Shown: positions 8,939 through 18,035 of the stretch, in pieces
Layout: the number at the start of each line of letters is the position of its first letter
Position numbering within the stretch: the stretch's first letter is position 1
Program-made: the position numbers and the translations under genes
The notes under the pieces: generated by a model
Told to the model about the DNA's origin: nothing
Databases searched by the model: none
What the model saw: the letters and a program-made list of their open reading frames with translations, nothing else
DNA from: Actinomycetota bacterium
Lineage (GTDB): Bacteria; Actinomycetota; Aquicultoria; UBA3085; Oleimmundimicrobiaceae
Direction: 5' to 3'
DNA: 64,000 nucleotides
Assembly: GCA_030017835.1 (NCBI GenBank)
Contig: JASEGU010000004.1
Location: 6,445-70,444, forward strand

Positions 8939-11641
8939 TTGAACAAATTAAACCCCAAAGATAATTTACTAGAAGGCGGCGATTTGAGCAACGTGGAGAC
9001 TTGGCACACAAAAGAGGTTTCTGAGGCGATCTTGTCCTTTAACACTTCCGGCGTGACCGGTCTTTCGGCTGCCGAGGCGAAAAAAAGGCTCGGCGAGGAC
9101 GGCCCCAATAGCTTCAGGGAAGCCGAGACCATATCGCCGATCTCCCTTTTCTTTTCGCAATTTAATGACTTTATGATCTGGGTTCTCATAGTGGCGGCCA
9201 TCATCGCAGGTCTCTTCTTGAAAGAGATGGTCGATGCGGCCGCCATTTTTGTGATCCTCATCTTGAATGCAGCCTTGGGTTTCATTCAGGAGTTTAGGGC
9301 GGAAAGGGCGATGGAGGCCCTAAAGAGGATGACCGCTCCCACGGCCCGGGTCTTAAGGGGCGGCCTGGAGAGCGTGATAGCGGCCGAGGACTTGGTGGCC
9401 GGAGACATAATCCTCTTGGAGGCTGGCGACTCCGTTCCTGCCGACGCAAGGATAATGGATTGCGCTGTATTCTACGTGGACGAGGCCTCCTTAACGGGAG
9501 AGTCTCTGCCCGAAGCCAAGGCGGCCGCTCGCCTCGCCGATGAGGGTCTCGCCCTTGGAAACAGGAGGAACATGATCTATATGGGAACCTCCGTCAAGAG
9601 CGGCCGGGCGAGGGCGATCGTCGTCGCGACCGGTCACTCAACCGAAGTGGGCAAGATAGCCGAATCTATCTTAAGCCCAAATGAGAAGACCCCCCTTCAG
9701 ATTGAGCTCAAGAAGGTGGGCAAGACCATAGCCCTCATCTGCCTCTTCATCTGCAGCATAGTCTTTGCAACCGGAGCGCTGGGCGGCAAAGACCCTTCGT
9801 TAATGTTTTTGACCGCCGTCAGCCTGGCCGTGGCCGCCATCCCGGAGGGCCTTCCGGCCATCGTGACTGTCTCTTTGGCGCTCGGCGTTCAGAGCATGGC
9901 CAGAAATAATGCCTTGGTCCGCAGGCTTCATGCGGTTGAGACTCTCGGCTCTACCTCGATCATATGTACCGACAAGACGGGAACATTGACCCTAAACAAG
10001 ATGACGGTAAGGCCAATTTATATTTCCAATCGGTTAATTCAGCTAGATGAGCCTCTTGCGGAATCCTATCCTAATGAGTTAAGTGACGACTTAAGAGCAC
10101 TTTTCATCACGGCCGCTCTCTGTAACGACGCCAGGCTGTCGGGAAAGGATCTCATCGGCGAGCCAACCGAAGCTGCTCTGCTCAAGGCGGCCATGGACTT
10201 CGGCCTCGATAAAGCCCTGCTGGAGAAGAGGATGAAAAGGGTTAACGAAATCCCCTTCGATTCCGACCGCAAGGAGATGACCACGCTCCACAAAAGCGAC
10301 GACGCCTTCCCCTTCGCAAAGGGCTTCGAATTCATATCCTTGACCAAGGGAGCTCCAGAGGCAGTAATCGCTCAATCAAAAGCCGTCCTCATCGAGGGCT
10401 CCATCCAGGAGCTAAGCGATGCCACAAGAGGCGAACTCTTGTCGGCCAACGAATCCTTGGCCGCCCAGGGATACCGGATGATGGCCGTGGCCTTTAAGGG
10501 AGCGAGGAATAAGGACGAAAAGGACCTCGAGAGTGATCTCATCTTCTCGGGCTTGCTCGGCCTGCTCGATCCGCCCAGAAAAGAGGTCTATGCGGCCATA
10601 GATACTTGCAAGAAGGCAAATATTCGGGTGATGATGATAACTGGGGATCATAAGCTTACGGCCGAGAGCATAGCCAAAGAGATCGGCCTTCTTGAGGGCG
10701 GCCAGACCCTTACCGGAAGAGAGCTCGATGAGATTGGCGACGACGAGCTCTCTGACCTTGTCTCAAGGATCTCCGTCTACTCTAGGGTCGCCCCCCTTCA
10801 CAAAGTTAGGATAGTCGATGCCTTAAGAAATAAGGGCTATATAGTCGCCATGACCGGCGACGGGGTCAACGATGCACCGGCCATAAAGCGGGCCGACATC
10901 GGCATCAGCATGGGAATAGTCGGAACCGATGTCACCAAGGAGGCCTCCGACATGGTCCTGGCCGATGACAATTTTGCCACGATCGTCGGAGCCGTGCGTG
11001 AGGGCCGCCTCATCTTTGACAACATCAGAAAGTTCATTCACTTCTTGCTCTCCTGCAACATAAGCGAGGTCTTGACGATGTTTATCGCTATGGTCGCCTG
11101 GGGAAGGCTTGCCCTCTTGCCCGTCCAGATCCTCTGGATGAATTTGATAACGGATGGCCTTCCGGCCATGGCCCTTGGAGTCAGCAAGCCGGAAGATGGC
11201 CTGATGACCAGGCCGCCGAGATCGAGGGAGGACGGCATCTTGAGCGGCATTGCTCTGAAGAAGACTTTGCAGCAGGGGCTTCTCTTGACCGCCTGCGCCC
11301 TCTCAATATTCTGGCTGGGACTCTTCCGTTTGGGCCTTCCCCTTGATAGGATTCAGACCATGACCTTCAGCTCGCTCGTGGCAATCCAGCTCTTCCACGC
11401 CCTAAGCTATGGAAGCGAAAAATCGATATTATCGAGGGATGCCTTCAAAAACATGTTTTTGCTCGGGGCCATAGGGGGCTCTTTCGTCCTGCAGCTCCTC
11501 ATAGTCTACTCCCCGCCGCTATCAAAAATATTTAAGACCACGCCGCTTCTTGGCAGCGACTGGCTCTATGTGGCAGCCTCGGTAGCCTTAACCGCGGGGG
11601 CCTTGGATCTTTTCAAGAGGTATGGAAGAGAAGGCCTATGA
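8939..11641 (+). CDS. P-type cation-transporting ATPase (P2-type, Ca2+/SERCA-PMCA-like)
   Basis: Contains ICTDKTGTLT (the DKTGT phosphorylation site), TGDGVNDAPAIKRADIG and a 10-TM architecture. The true start may be a TTG or GTG slightly downstream of 8939. Confidence 0.85.
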   Translation: MNKLNPKDNLLEGGDLSNVETWHTKEVSEAILSFNTSGVTGLSAAEAKKRLGEDGPNSFREAETISPISLFFSQFNDFMIWVLIVAAIIAGLFLKEMVDAAAIFVILILNAALGFIQEFRAERAMEALKRMTAPTARVLRGGLESVIAAEDLVAGDIILLEAGDSVPADARIMDCAVFYVDEASLTGESLPEAKAAARLADEGLALGNRRNMIYMGTSVKSGRARAIVVATGHSTEVGKIAESILSPNEKTPLQIELKKVGKTIALICLFICSIVFATGALGGKDPSLMFLTAVSLAVAAIPEGLPAIVTVSLALGVQSMARNNALVRRLHAVETLGSTSIICTDKTGTLTLNKMTVRPIYISNRLIQLDEPLAESYPNELSDDLRALFITAALCNDARLSGKDLIGEPTEAALLKAAMDFGLDKALLEKRMKRVNEIPFDSDRKEMTTLHKSDDAFPFAKGFEFISLTKGAPEAVIAQSKAVLIEGSIQELSDATRGELLSANESLAAQGYRMMAVAFKGARNKDEKDLESDLIFSGLLGLLDPPRKEVYAAIDTCKKANIRVMMITGDHKLTAESIAKEIGLLEGGQTLTGRELDEIGDDELSDLVSRISVYSRVAPLHKVRIVDALRNKGYIVAMTGDGVNDAPAIKRADIGISMGIVGTDVTKEASDMVLADDNFATIVGAVREGRLIFDNIRKFIHFLLSCNISEVLTMFIAMVAWGRLALLPVQILWMNLITDGLPAMALGVSKPEDGLMTRPPRSREDGILSGIALKKTLQQGLLLTACALSIFWLGLFRLGLPLDRIQTMTFSSLVAIQLFHALSYGSEKSILSRDAFKNMFLLGAIGGSFVLQLLIVYSPPLSKIFKTTPLLGSDWLYVAASVALTAGALDLFKRYGREGL

Positions 11642-12078
11642 AGCTAAGATACCTCATATTGACCGTAATGCCTTGGATAGAGCTTAGGGGAGCCATACCT
11701 TTGGCGATCAAAGATGGGGAGTATCTGGCCGTACCCTTCATAATGGCCATAAACATCCTCATCTTCTTCCCGACCTACTATGGCTTGGAGTTGATGAGGC
11801 GCTGGGTCAAGGAGGGCTCTTGGCTAAGCCGGCGGCTCAAAGTGGTCGAAGAAAAATCGGCGCCGCTGGTGAGGAGGTACGGTCTTTTGGGGCTTGCGGT
11901 CTTTGTCATGATTCCGCTTCCCGGAACCGGAGCCTATTCCGGCACGGCGGCTGCCTGGCTTCTTGGCTTTAGGAAGAGGACGGCCTTCTTTGCGGTGGCC
12001 CTCGGGGTGATCCTGGCGGGAATCATCGTCTCGCTAATAAGCCTCTCTGTAAGGAGCGGGTTATTTGGGCTCCTCTAG
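11638..12078 (+). CDS. small multidrug-export-like membrane protein (COG2426 / Sm_multidrug_ex family)
   Basis: 146 aa with 4 TM helices and the motifs IELRGAIP and PLPGTGAYSG. Its start overlaps the ATPase stop (ATGA). Confidence 0.5.
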   Translation: MKLRYLILTVMPWIELRGAIPLAIKDGEYLAVPFIMAINILIFFPTYYGLELMRRWVKEGSWLSRRLKVVEEKSAPLVRRYGLLGLAVFVMIPLPGTGAYSGTAAAWLLGFRKRTAFFAVALGVILAGIIVSLISLSVRSGLFGLL

Positions 12079-13014
12079 AGCAAGTTCGACTATCCTTGAA
12101 ACCAGATCTCCCATGTCCATGCCGGCCGCCTTGGCCGCATCGGGAAAGAGGCTTAAAGGGGTCATGCCCGGACTCGTGTTTATCTCCAGAACGTACGGCG
12201 TGCCGTCCTTTGAGACGATGAAGTCGACCCTGGAAAACCCCCGGCAAAACAGCATCTTGTGGACTCTGGTGGCGAGTTTTTGCGCCGCTTCGTTCGCCGC
12301 CCCAGGAATTCTGGCCGGAATCACATGATGACTCATTCCGGCGGTATACTTCGATTCATAGTCATAGATTTCACCCTCATAGGTGATCTCTAGGGTGGGA
12401 AGGGCAACAAGATCGCGGTTTCCAAGAACGCCGACGGTAATCTCCGTCCCCTCTATATGCTCCTCCACCAATACCTCTTCGTCATAGCGGAAGGCCTCCT
12501 TAAGGGCCGGACCAAGATCGGCCTCCTCCTTGACGATGCTCATCCCGATGGTCGACCCTTCGCAGGCTGGCTTGACGACTAGGGGTAGGTCCAGCTTAGA
12601 GATAATCTCCTTAAAAGCGTCTTTGGCCTCAAAAATAAAATCCGACCGCGTAAGGGGAATGAACTCGGCGGTCGGTACGCCCTCAAATTTGAGCAGTTTT
12701 TTGGTGACGATCTTGTTGAGACCAAGGGCGCTCGCCAGGATCTTGGAGCCGGTGTAGGGTATGCCGAGGATCTCGAGAAGACCCTGGATCGCTCCGTCCT
12801 CCCCCAGGCGGCCATGGAGGGCTATGAAGGCCACATCAGGCCGGGCCTCCTTTAGGCGCTCCGAGATATCTATATCCAGATCTATCTTGATTGCCTGGTA
12901 GCCCCGGCCAGCCAGGGCCTTGTAGGCCTCTTCGCCCGAGATGAGGGATATCTCCCTCTCTTTGGAGCTGCCGCCGCAGATTATCGCCACTCTAAGTCCG
13001 TTCATGTCCTCCAC
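12061..13014 (-). CDS. ddl: D-alanine--D-alanine ligase (paralog 2)
   Basis: LRVAIICGGSSKEREISLISG…EINTSPGMT is an ATP-grasp Ddl. It is a second copy, divergent from the one at 2721. Confidence 0.85.
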   Translation of the reverse strand: MEDMNGLRVAIICGGSSKEREISLISGEEAYKALAGRGYQAIKIDLDIDISERLKEARPDVAFIALHGRLGEDGAIQGLLEILGIPYTGSKILASALGLNKIVTKKLLKFEGVPTAEFIPLTRSDFIFEAKDAFKEIISKLDLPLVVKPACEGSTIGMSIVKEEADLGPALKEAFRYDEEVLVEEHIEGTEITVGVLGNRDLVALPTLEITYEGEIYDYESKYTAGMSHHVIPARIPGAANEAAQKLATRVHKMLFCRGFSRVDFIVSKDGTPYVLEINTSPGMTPLSLFPDAAKAAGMDMGDLVSRIVELALEEPK

Positions 13015-13020
13015 TAATGG

Positions 13021-13326
13021 CTAGGCTTCGCTCGCGTCGTAGCGTTTTAGGTCTTCTCTGAGCGACTCTATCTTCTTCCAAGCTATCTTCTCCTGCAGCC
13101 CCATCAGAGACTCGGCCCTCTCTATCAGGGCCTCCAGGCTCTTTTTAGTCTGCTCGATGAGTTCGTCGGCGATCAGCTTGGCCTCTTCGGTCCGCCTTGC
13201 TATCTGCATCCTGGTCGCTTCGCCGGACTGGGGAGCCATGAGAACCCCTATCAGAAGGCCGAGCGCGGCTCCAGCCAGTAGGCCGGCTCCGAAATTTTCC
13301 AGGCTGAACTCCCTCTCTTCGCCCAT
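13021..13326 (-). CDS. YtxH-domain (DUF948) protein, second paralog
   Basis: GAGLLAGAALGLLIGVLMAPQSGEATR followed by a coiled tail. It sits immediately upstream of ddl paralog 2 in the same orientation. Confidence 0.6.
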   Translation of the reverse strand: MGEEREFSLENFGAGLLAGAALGLLIGVLMAPQSGEATRMQIARRTEEAKLIADELIEQTKKSLEALIERAESLMGLQEKIAWKKIESLREDLKRYDASEA

Positions 13327-13358
13327 CTCTCTCCTTTCAAAAAGACCGATTTTATGGT

Positions 13359-15515
13359 TTATCTCTCTTCTTCTACAATAATATATAAGAGAGCGACAAT
13401 TGCAAACATTATGGTTGCCGCGGCAGCGGCCGCTCCGGTGTCGTTGAAGATGAAGGCGGCCAGCGCCCCAGATGAGGTGCCAATAAAGCCCGCGACCAGG
13501 CTGGGGCGCTCCCGCTTAAGCTTATCGAAGAAGCCGACCGGGCGGAAGAAGAGCATCGGGGAGACGAGCAGGGTGGCAAGGAGTATCCTCGTCCAGACCG
13601 TATATTTCATGCCCCGGTAATTCATGGCTATCTTCCGTCTTGTGATTTCCAACAGCTCCTTTACCCCGCCCTCGTAGATCATCATGACGCTCCGCCCCGC
13701 ATGGCTGGTCGCCCCGCCCCGAAATATGTCTATGGCCAAAAAGATGAGAAGGGCTCCGAGGGCGGCTCCGGCGACGTAGAGAAAGTGCCTCCTTTTGAGC
13801 GAGCCCTGAAACAGGACTATCAGAGTGATGGCGAAACCGACCGAGGCGGCTATGGTTCCTCCGACGTTGGCTCCCAGGGCGGGATGTCCTATCGCCACCA
13901 CCACGGCCGCAAACATCAGGCCGGCCAGAAGATGGTGCGCTCTCAATCGAAGCTTCTTTACATCGAGCAAGGATGTTATGCCGATTATGCTCGCCCCGAT
14001 CAGAATGCCCATATATTCGTTTCCGATGCCGTAAAATCTGGCTCCGATGTTGGGACAGTAGCCCAAGATTGAGGTCCTTATGAGGTTCCAGCCGGTCATC
14101 ATGTCAAGGGTCAGGATGACCACGGTCAAGAGGCAGATCAGGACTATCGGCATAAGTTGCGAGCCCTTGAAATAGCGGGCGCACATGACGATGGCGCCCG
14201 CTATGGCTGATACGAGGAGAATCGGCAGAATCATGTGACCGTAGTCGATGGGGGCGAATATTTCGAAGGCCACGGGTATGCTGAGCAGCCAAAGAAAGAT
14301 CACCTGGATGGCCCCCACCAGTCTCTTTGGGATATTTTTGAAGAATGAAACAAGGGCGGCCAGGATGACCATTATCGAAACTAAGGTAACATAGCCTTTG
14401 AGCAGCGGGACTCTGGCTATCGCTTTATTCTCATACCTGGTGCTCATCCGCCCCATGTAAGATGGGTCAACCCTTCTGTCCAAGAACCTTATTGGCCTGC
14501 CCGTCATCTCCTCTCCCTTTTCGGCGCCGAGGATGCTCAAGATGGTCGGGGCGATATCGGTGCTGTCGACTATCCCAGGCCACCTGGTCGTATCCGAGAT
14601 CAAAAGGCCTCCATCGACGCTAGCTCCGATCATAATTGCGGGAGCCAGAAAGTTGCCCCGCTCCATCGCCTCAGGCGGGTTGGAGGGAGCGAGGAGCATT
14701 AGGGTGGTATCATCACCCAAGATGCTCAAAACCTCGCCAAGATAGCGGTCGACCGCCTCCATCTTGAATTTGCGCCTCTTGATGATGGCCTCTTCCGTAT
14801 ATAGATTATTTCTGCTCTCAAGACGAGTCGTATCCCCGAGCTCGACGACCAGAAGGTCGGATGTGGCAAGCAGGTCCTTGGTCTTTGTAAAGAGCGCGGC
14901 GTAGTCGGTTATCGTTCCCGTCTCTTTAGAGATAGTGTTGGTCGCGGCCGAGACGTCGCCAAGGTAAGTCAAGCCCAGCTCGTCCATGGTTATCAATGAG
15001 GCCTCCCTGTGAGGCTCGCCCACGTTATCGCCGTTTCCAATGAGGGCCGCCTTGAGGCCACCCTCCTTTAGGGCTTTGCCCAGAGAGCCCGGCAGGTTGC
15101 TTCTGGGGATCGTCTTCGAGGTGGCTATGATGTTGGCGATCGAAAGGTTGGCTATGCTGCCCAAGGGAGGCTCGATGCCGGTCCTCTGGAGAAAGATGTC
15201 GGACGCAAGGATTCCGCTTGGATGGACCTCGTCCCGGTTGAAAGATTCGCCAGCCGTCCCGCCCGTCTTGGTCTTTGCCCCGACTCCAATGCAGAGATAG
15301 CCGTCATAAGGGTTTGGACCCGCCTGGGTCCTGACGTTCATGAGGCCTGCGGCGCCCTCTTTGGCAATTTTTGATAGGTTCGGCGCCGCGGCCTCGGCAA
15401 GCTCGCTCGCCCCAAGACCGTTGGTGATGACCATGATAACTTTTGGTTTGGCTTCTGCGGCCGCCTTGGGCGCGCCTCCCAGGGCGGCCGCAAGTAAAGA
15501 GATGAGGGCGAACAA
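13359..15515 (-). CDS. large membrane protein with an N-terminal exported alkaline-phosphatase-superfamily-like domain and a C-terminal polytopic (about 10 TM) domain
   Basis: Signal peptide, then a domain ending with the sulfatase/LtaS-like motif DIAPTILSILG, then many TM helices. Family assignment is tentative. Confidence 0.5.
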   Translation of the reverse strand: MFALISLLAAALGGAPKAAAEAKPKVIMVITNGLGASELAEAAAPNLSKIAKEGAAGLMNVRTQAGPNPYDGYLCIGVGAKTKTGGTAGESFNRDEVHPSGILASDIFLQRTGIEPPLGSIANLSIANIIATSKTIPRSNLPGSLGKALKEGGLKAALIGNGDNVGEPHREASLITMDELGLTYLGDVSAATNTISKETGTITDYAALFTKTKDLLATSDLLVVELGDTTRLESRNNLYTEEAIIKRRKFKMEAVDRYLGEVLSILGDDTTLMLLAPSNPPEAMERGNFLAPAIMIGASVDGGLLISDTTRWPGIVDSTDIAPTILSILGAEKGEEMTGRPIRFLDRRVDPSYMGRMSTRYENKAIARVPLLKGYVTLVSIMVILAALVSFFKNIPKRLVGAIQVIFLWLLSIPVAFEIFAPIDYGHMILPILLVSAIAGAIVMCARYFKGSQLMPIVLICLLTVVILTLDMMTGWNLIRTSILGYCPNIGARFYGIGNEYMGILIGASIIGITSLLDVKKLRLRAHHLLAGLMFAAVVVAIGHPALGANVGGTIAASVGFAITLIVLFQGSLKRRHFLYVAGAALGALLIFLAIDIFRGGATSHAGRSVMMIYEGGVKELLEITRRKIAMNYRGMKYTVWTRILLATLLVSPMLFFRPVGFFDKLKRERPSLVAGFIGTSSGALAAFIFNDTGAAAAAATIMFAIVALLYIIVEEER

Positions 15516-15615
15516 GAGAAGCGCCCTTAAGATGATGCTTTTACGAAGGGGGCCGGAAAAGGATATGTGGACTCATCCTCTCTTTAGAATTTAAGGGAGT
15601 TGTCTCGGCTCTATG

Positions 15616-16527
15616 CTACTCGGCCTCTTCGAGGTCTTGGTCGAAAGAGCTTGAGCCCATGACCGTTCGAAATATCCGCTCCAAGTCGTTTAATGACTTG
15701 AAGTCTATCTCTATCTTGCCCTTTTTTTCGGTCATCTTGATCCTGACCTTGGCAGAGAGCTTTTCGCTAAGGCTCCTCGCCATGGTCCTAAAGGCCTTGG
15801 GTTGAAGGGGCTTGGGGCCAGCGGCCTGCCTGCTGGAGGATAGAGATGACATCTTGACCGTGCTCTCAGTCTGGCGAACGGACATGCCCTCCTCCAGGAT
15901 CCTTCTGGCCAGCTCGATCTGTCTCTCCTCATCGTCTAGGGAAAGAAGGGCTCTGGCGTGGCCGGAAGAGATTTCGTTCTTCTCCAGCATGGTTCTTACT
16001 TCGGCGGGGAGCTGCAATAGCCTGAGCGAATTGGTTACAGCAACCCGGCTCTTTCCCACGATGGCCGAGAGATCGCCCTGGGTCAGACCAAACTTCTCTA
16101 TCAACTCTTTAAAGCCCTCGGCCTCCTCGATGGGACTTAGGTTCTCTCTCTGTATGTTCTCGATGAGGGCGAGTTCGAGCGATTCGATATCGCTGGAGTC
16201 CTTGACGATTGCCGGGATGGCCTCAAGACCAGCATCGGCAGCTGCCCTTAGCCTGCGCTCGCCGGCTATCAGTTCGAATCCTAACCCCTTGGTTCTGACC
16301 ATGACCGGCTGGAGCACGCCAAACTGTTTGACCGATGAGACCAGTTCTTCGAAAGCCTTGGGGTCGAATTTTTTTCGCGGCTGGTTTGGGTTGGGCTCGA
16401 CGGCCTTGATCGGTATCTCTTTTAAGATCGAGGAGTTTAAGATCGAGGAGTCGCCCCTTTCTTGGCCCTCTTGAGCCGCCGGAATCAGTGAATTTAACCC
16501 CTTGCCGAGGCCCCTTTTATTAGCCAC
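15616..16527 (-). CDS. parB: chromosome partitioning protein ParB/Spo0J
   Basis: ParB N-terminal box (GLGKGLNSLIP), HTH, and a position downstream of parA. Confidence 0.9.
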   Translation of the reverse strand: MANKRGLGKGLNSLIPAAQEGQERGDSSILNSSILKEIPIKAVEPNPNQPRKKFDPKAFEELVSSVKQFGVLQPVMVRTKGLGFELIAGERRLRAAADAGLEAIPAIVKDSSDIESLELALIENIQRENLSPIEEAEGFKELIEKFGLTQGDLSAIVGKSRVAVTNSLRLLQLPAEVRTMLEKNEISSGHARALLSLDDEERQIELARRILEEGMSVRQTESTVKMSSLSSSRQAAGPKPLQPKAFRTMARSLSEKLSAKVRIKMTEKKGKIEIDFKSLNDLERIFRTVMGSSSFDQDLEEAE

Positions 16528-17290
16528 GATCCATCACTTCCTTCGCGAACCCCTGGTAGGCAAGGGAGCCCTGACAGACCGGATCGTAGATGGTTATCGG
16601 CTGACCAAAACTTGGGGCCTCGCTCAGCCTGACCGTTCTTGGAATTATGGTCTTGTAGACCTTGTCCTTAAAATATTTGGCGACCTCGTCTACGACCTGC
16701 TGCGAGAGCTTGGTCCTTGAGTCGTGCATGGTCATTAAAACGCCAGCGATCTCGAGGTCGGGGTTGAGGTGCTGGCGTATCAACTTTACGCTCTCCAAGA
16801 GCTTGGAGAGGCCCTCTAGGGCGTAGTATTCGCACTGTATCGGGATTATGATCTGGTCGGCGGCCGTCAGAGCGTTCACGGTGAGAAGGCCCAGCGAAGG
16901 AGGACAGTCGATCAAAATATACTCGAAGTCTTCTCTCAAGGGTTCTATCGCCCTTTTAAGTTTGGTCTCTCTTGAAATGGTCGAGACCAGTTCTATCTCT
17001 GCGCCGGCCAGCTGGATGGTGGCCGGGACGACGAATAAGTTTTCGATCTGGGTCGACTCTATCAAATCCTTTATGGGAGCCTCTTCTATAAGGGCATTAT
17101 AAACGCAGCTGCTCCTGCTCCCCTTGTCCAAACCAAGCCCGCTGGTCGAGTTGCCCTGTGGGTCCAAGTCGACCAAGACGACCCGCCTTCCGGCCTGGGC
17201 CAGACAGGTTCCCAAGTTTATGGTCGTCGTGCTCTTTCCGACCCCGCCCTTCTGGTTTACGATGGCTATCGCTCTGCTTTTTCTGTTCAT
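16520..17290 (-). CDS. parA: chromosome partitioning ATPase ParA/Soj
   Basis: Deviant Walker A KGGVGKSTTTINLG. Confidence 0.9.
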   Translation of the reverse strand: MNRKSRAIAIVNQKGGVGKSTTTINLGTCLAQAGRRVVLVDLDPQGNSTSGLGLDKGSRSSCVYNALIEEAPIKDLIESTQIENLFVVPATIQLAGAEIELVSTISRETKLKRAIEPLREDFEYILIDCPPSLGLLTVNALTAADQIIIPIQCEYYALEGLSKLLESVKLIRQHLNPDLEIAGVLMTMHDSRTKLSQQVVDEVAKYFKDKVYKTIIPRTVRLSEAPSFGQPITIYDPVCQGSLAYQGFAKEVMDRG

Positions 17291-17294
17291 GTCT

Positions 17295-18035
17295 TCACCC
17301 TTTATCGGCCCCGCCTAGGGGCCTCTTCTTTGGAATCCCAGCCCTTCTGGGGTATTGCTTGGGCGTGGGAACCAGTTTTTTTATTATCACGATTGTTCTT
17401 TTGGCTTCAACGAAAGGAACGTCTATCTCTCTTGCGGAGACCATGGCGCCCCCAAGCTCGTTTGCTCCCCTCTCTGCCGCGTCGATCTCGCTCAAGCTCA
17501 AGTTTGCTTTCTGGGCCAAGAGCGAACCGCCGATCTTAAGGATGGGTAAGGCATATTCCGCCAGAACAGAGAGGGGCGCAACCGCTCTTGCTAGAGCCAG
17601 GTCGAACTGCTCTCTGTTGTCCCTATTTATACCATAATCCTCGGCTCGGCAACAGACCGCCTGGATCCCATCAAGGCCCATTCTCTCTATCAAGCCCTGT
17701 AAAAAATCAACCTTCTTCTTGATGGAGTCCAAAAGAATCGTGTTTAAGTGGGGAAAGGCTATCTTTAGGGGCAGGCCCGGAAGGCCTGCCCCGCTTCCGA
17801 TATCTATCACCCTCTCTGTGCAAGAGAAGTCGTGGACGAGCTTAAGGCTCAAGGAGTCAAGGAAGTGCTTGCTGGCGATCTCCTCCTCTTCGGTTATGGC
17901 GGTAAGGGCGGCCCTCTTGTTCCCTGCTACGATCTCGTCCAAAAAGATCTCAAAAAGCTTCATCTTTTCCTCATCAAGCTCGATCTTTAGGGCGCCAGCC
18001 CCCTTGACGAGAAGATCTCGGCTCTTCGCTCTCAT
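17295..18035 (-). CDS. rsmG: 16S rRNA (guanine527-N7)-methyltransferase RsmG/GidB
   Basis: SAM motif DIGSGAGLPGLPLKIAFP, and a position between mnmG and parA. Confidence 0.85.
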   Translation of the reverse strand: MRAKSRDLLVKGAGALKIELDEEKMKLFEIFLDEIVAGNKRAALTAITEEEEIASKHFLDSLSLKLVHDFSCTERVIDIGSGAGLPGLPLKIAFPHLNTILLDSIKKKVDFLQGLIERMGLDGIQAVCCRAEDYGINRDNREQFDLALARAVAPLSVLAEYALPILKIGGSLLAQKANLSLSEIDAAERGANELGGAMVSAREIDVPFVEAKRTIVIIKKLVPTPKQYPRRAGIPKKRPLGGADKG

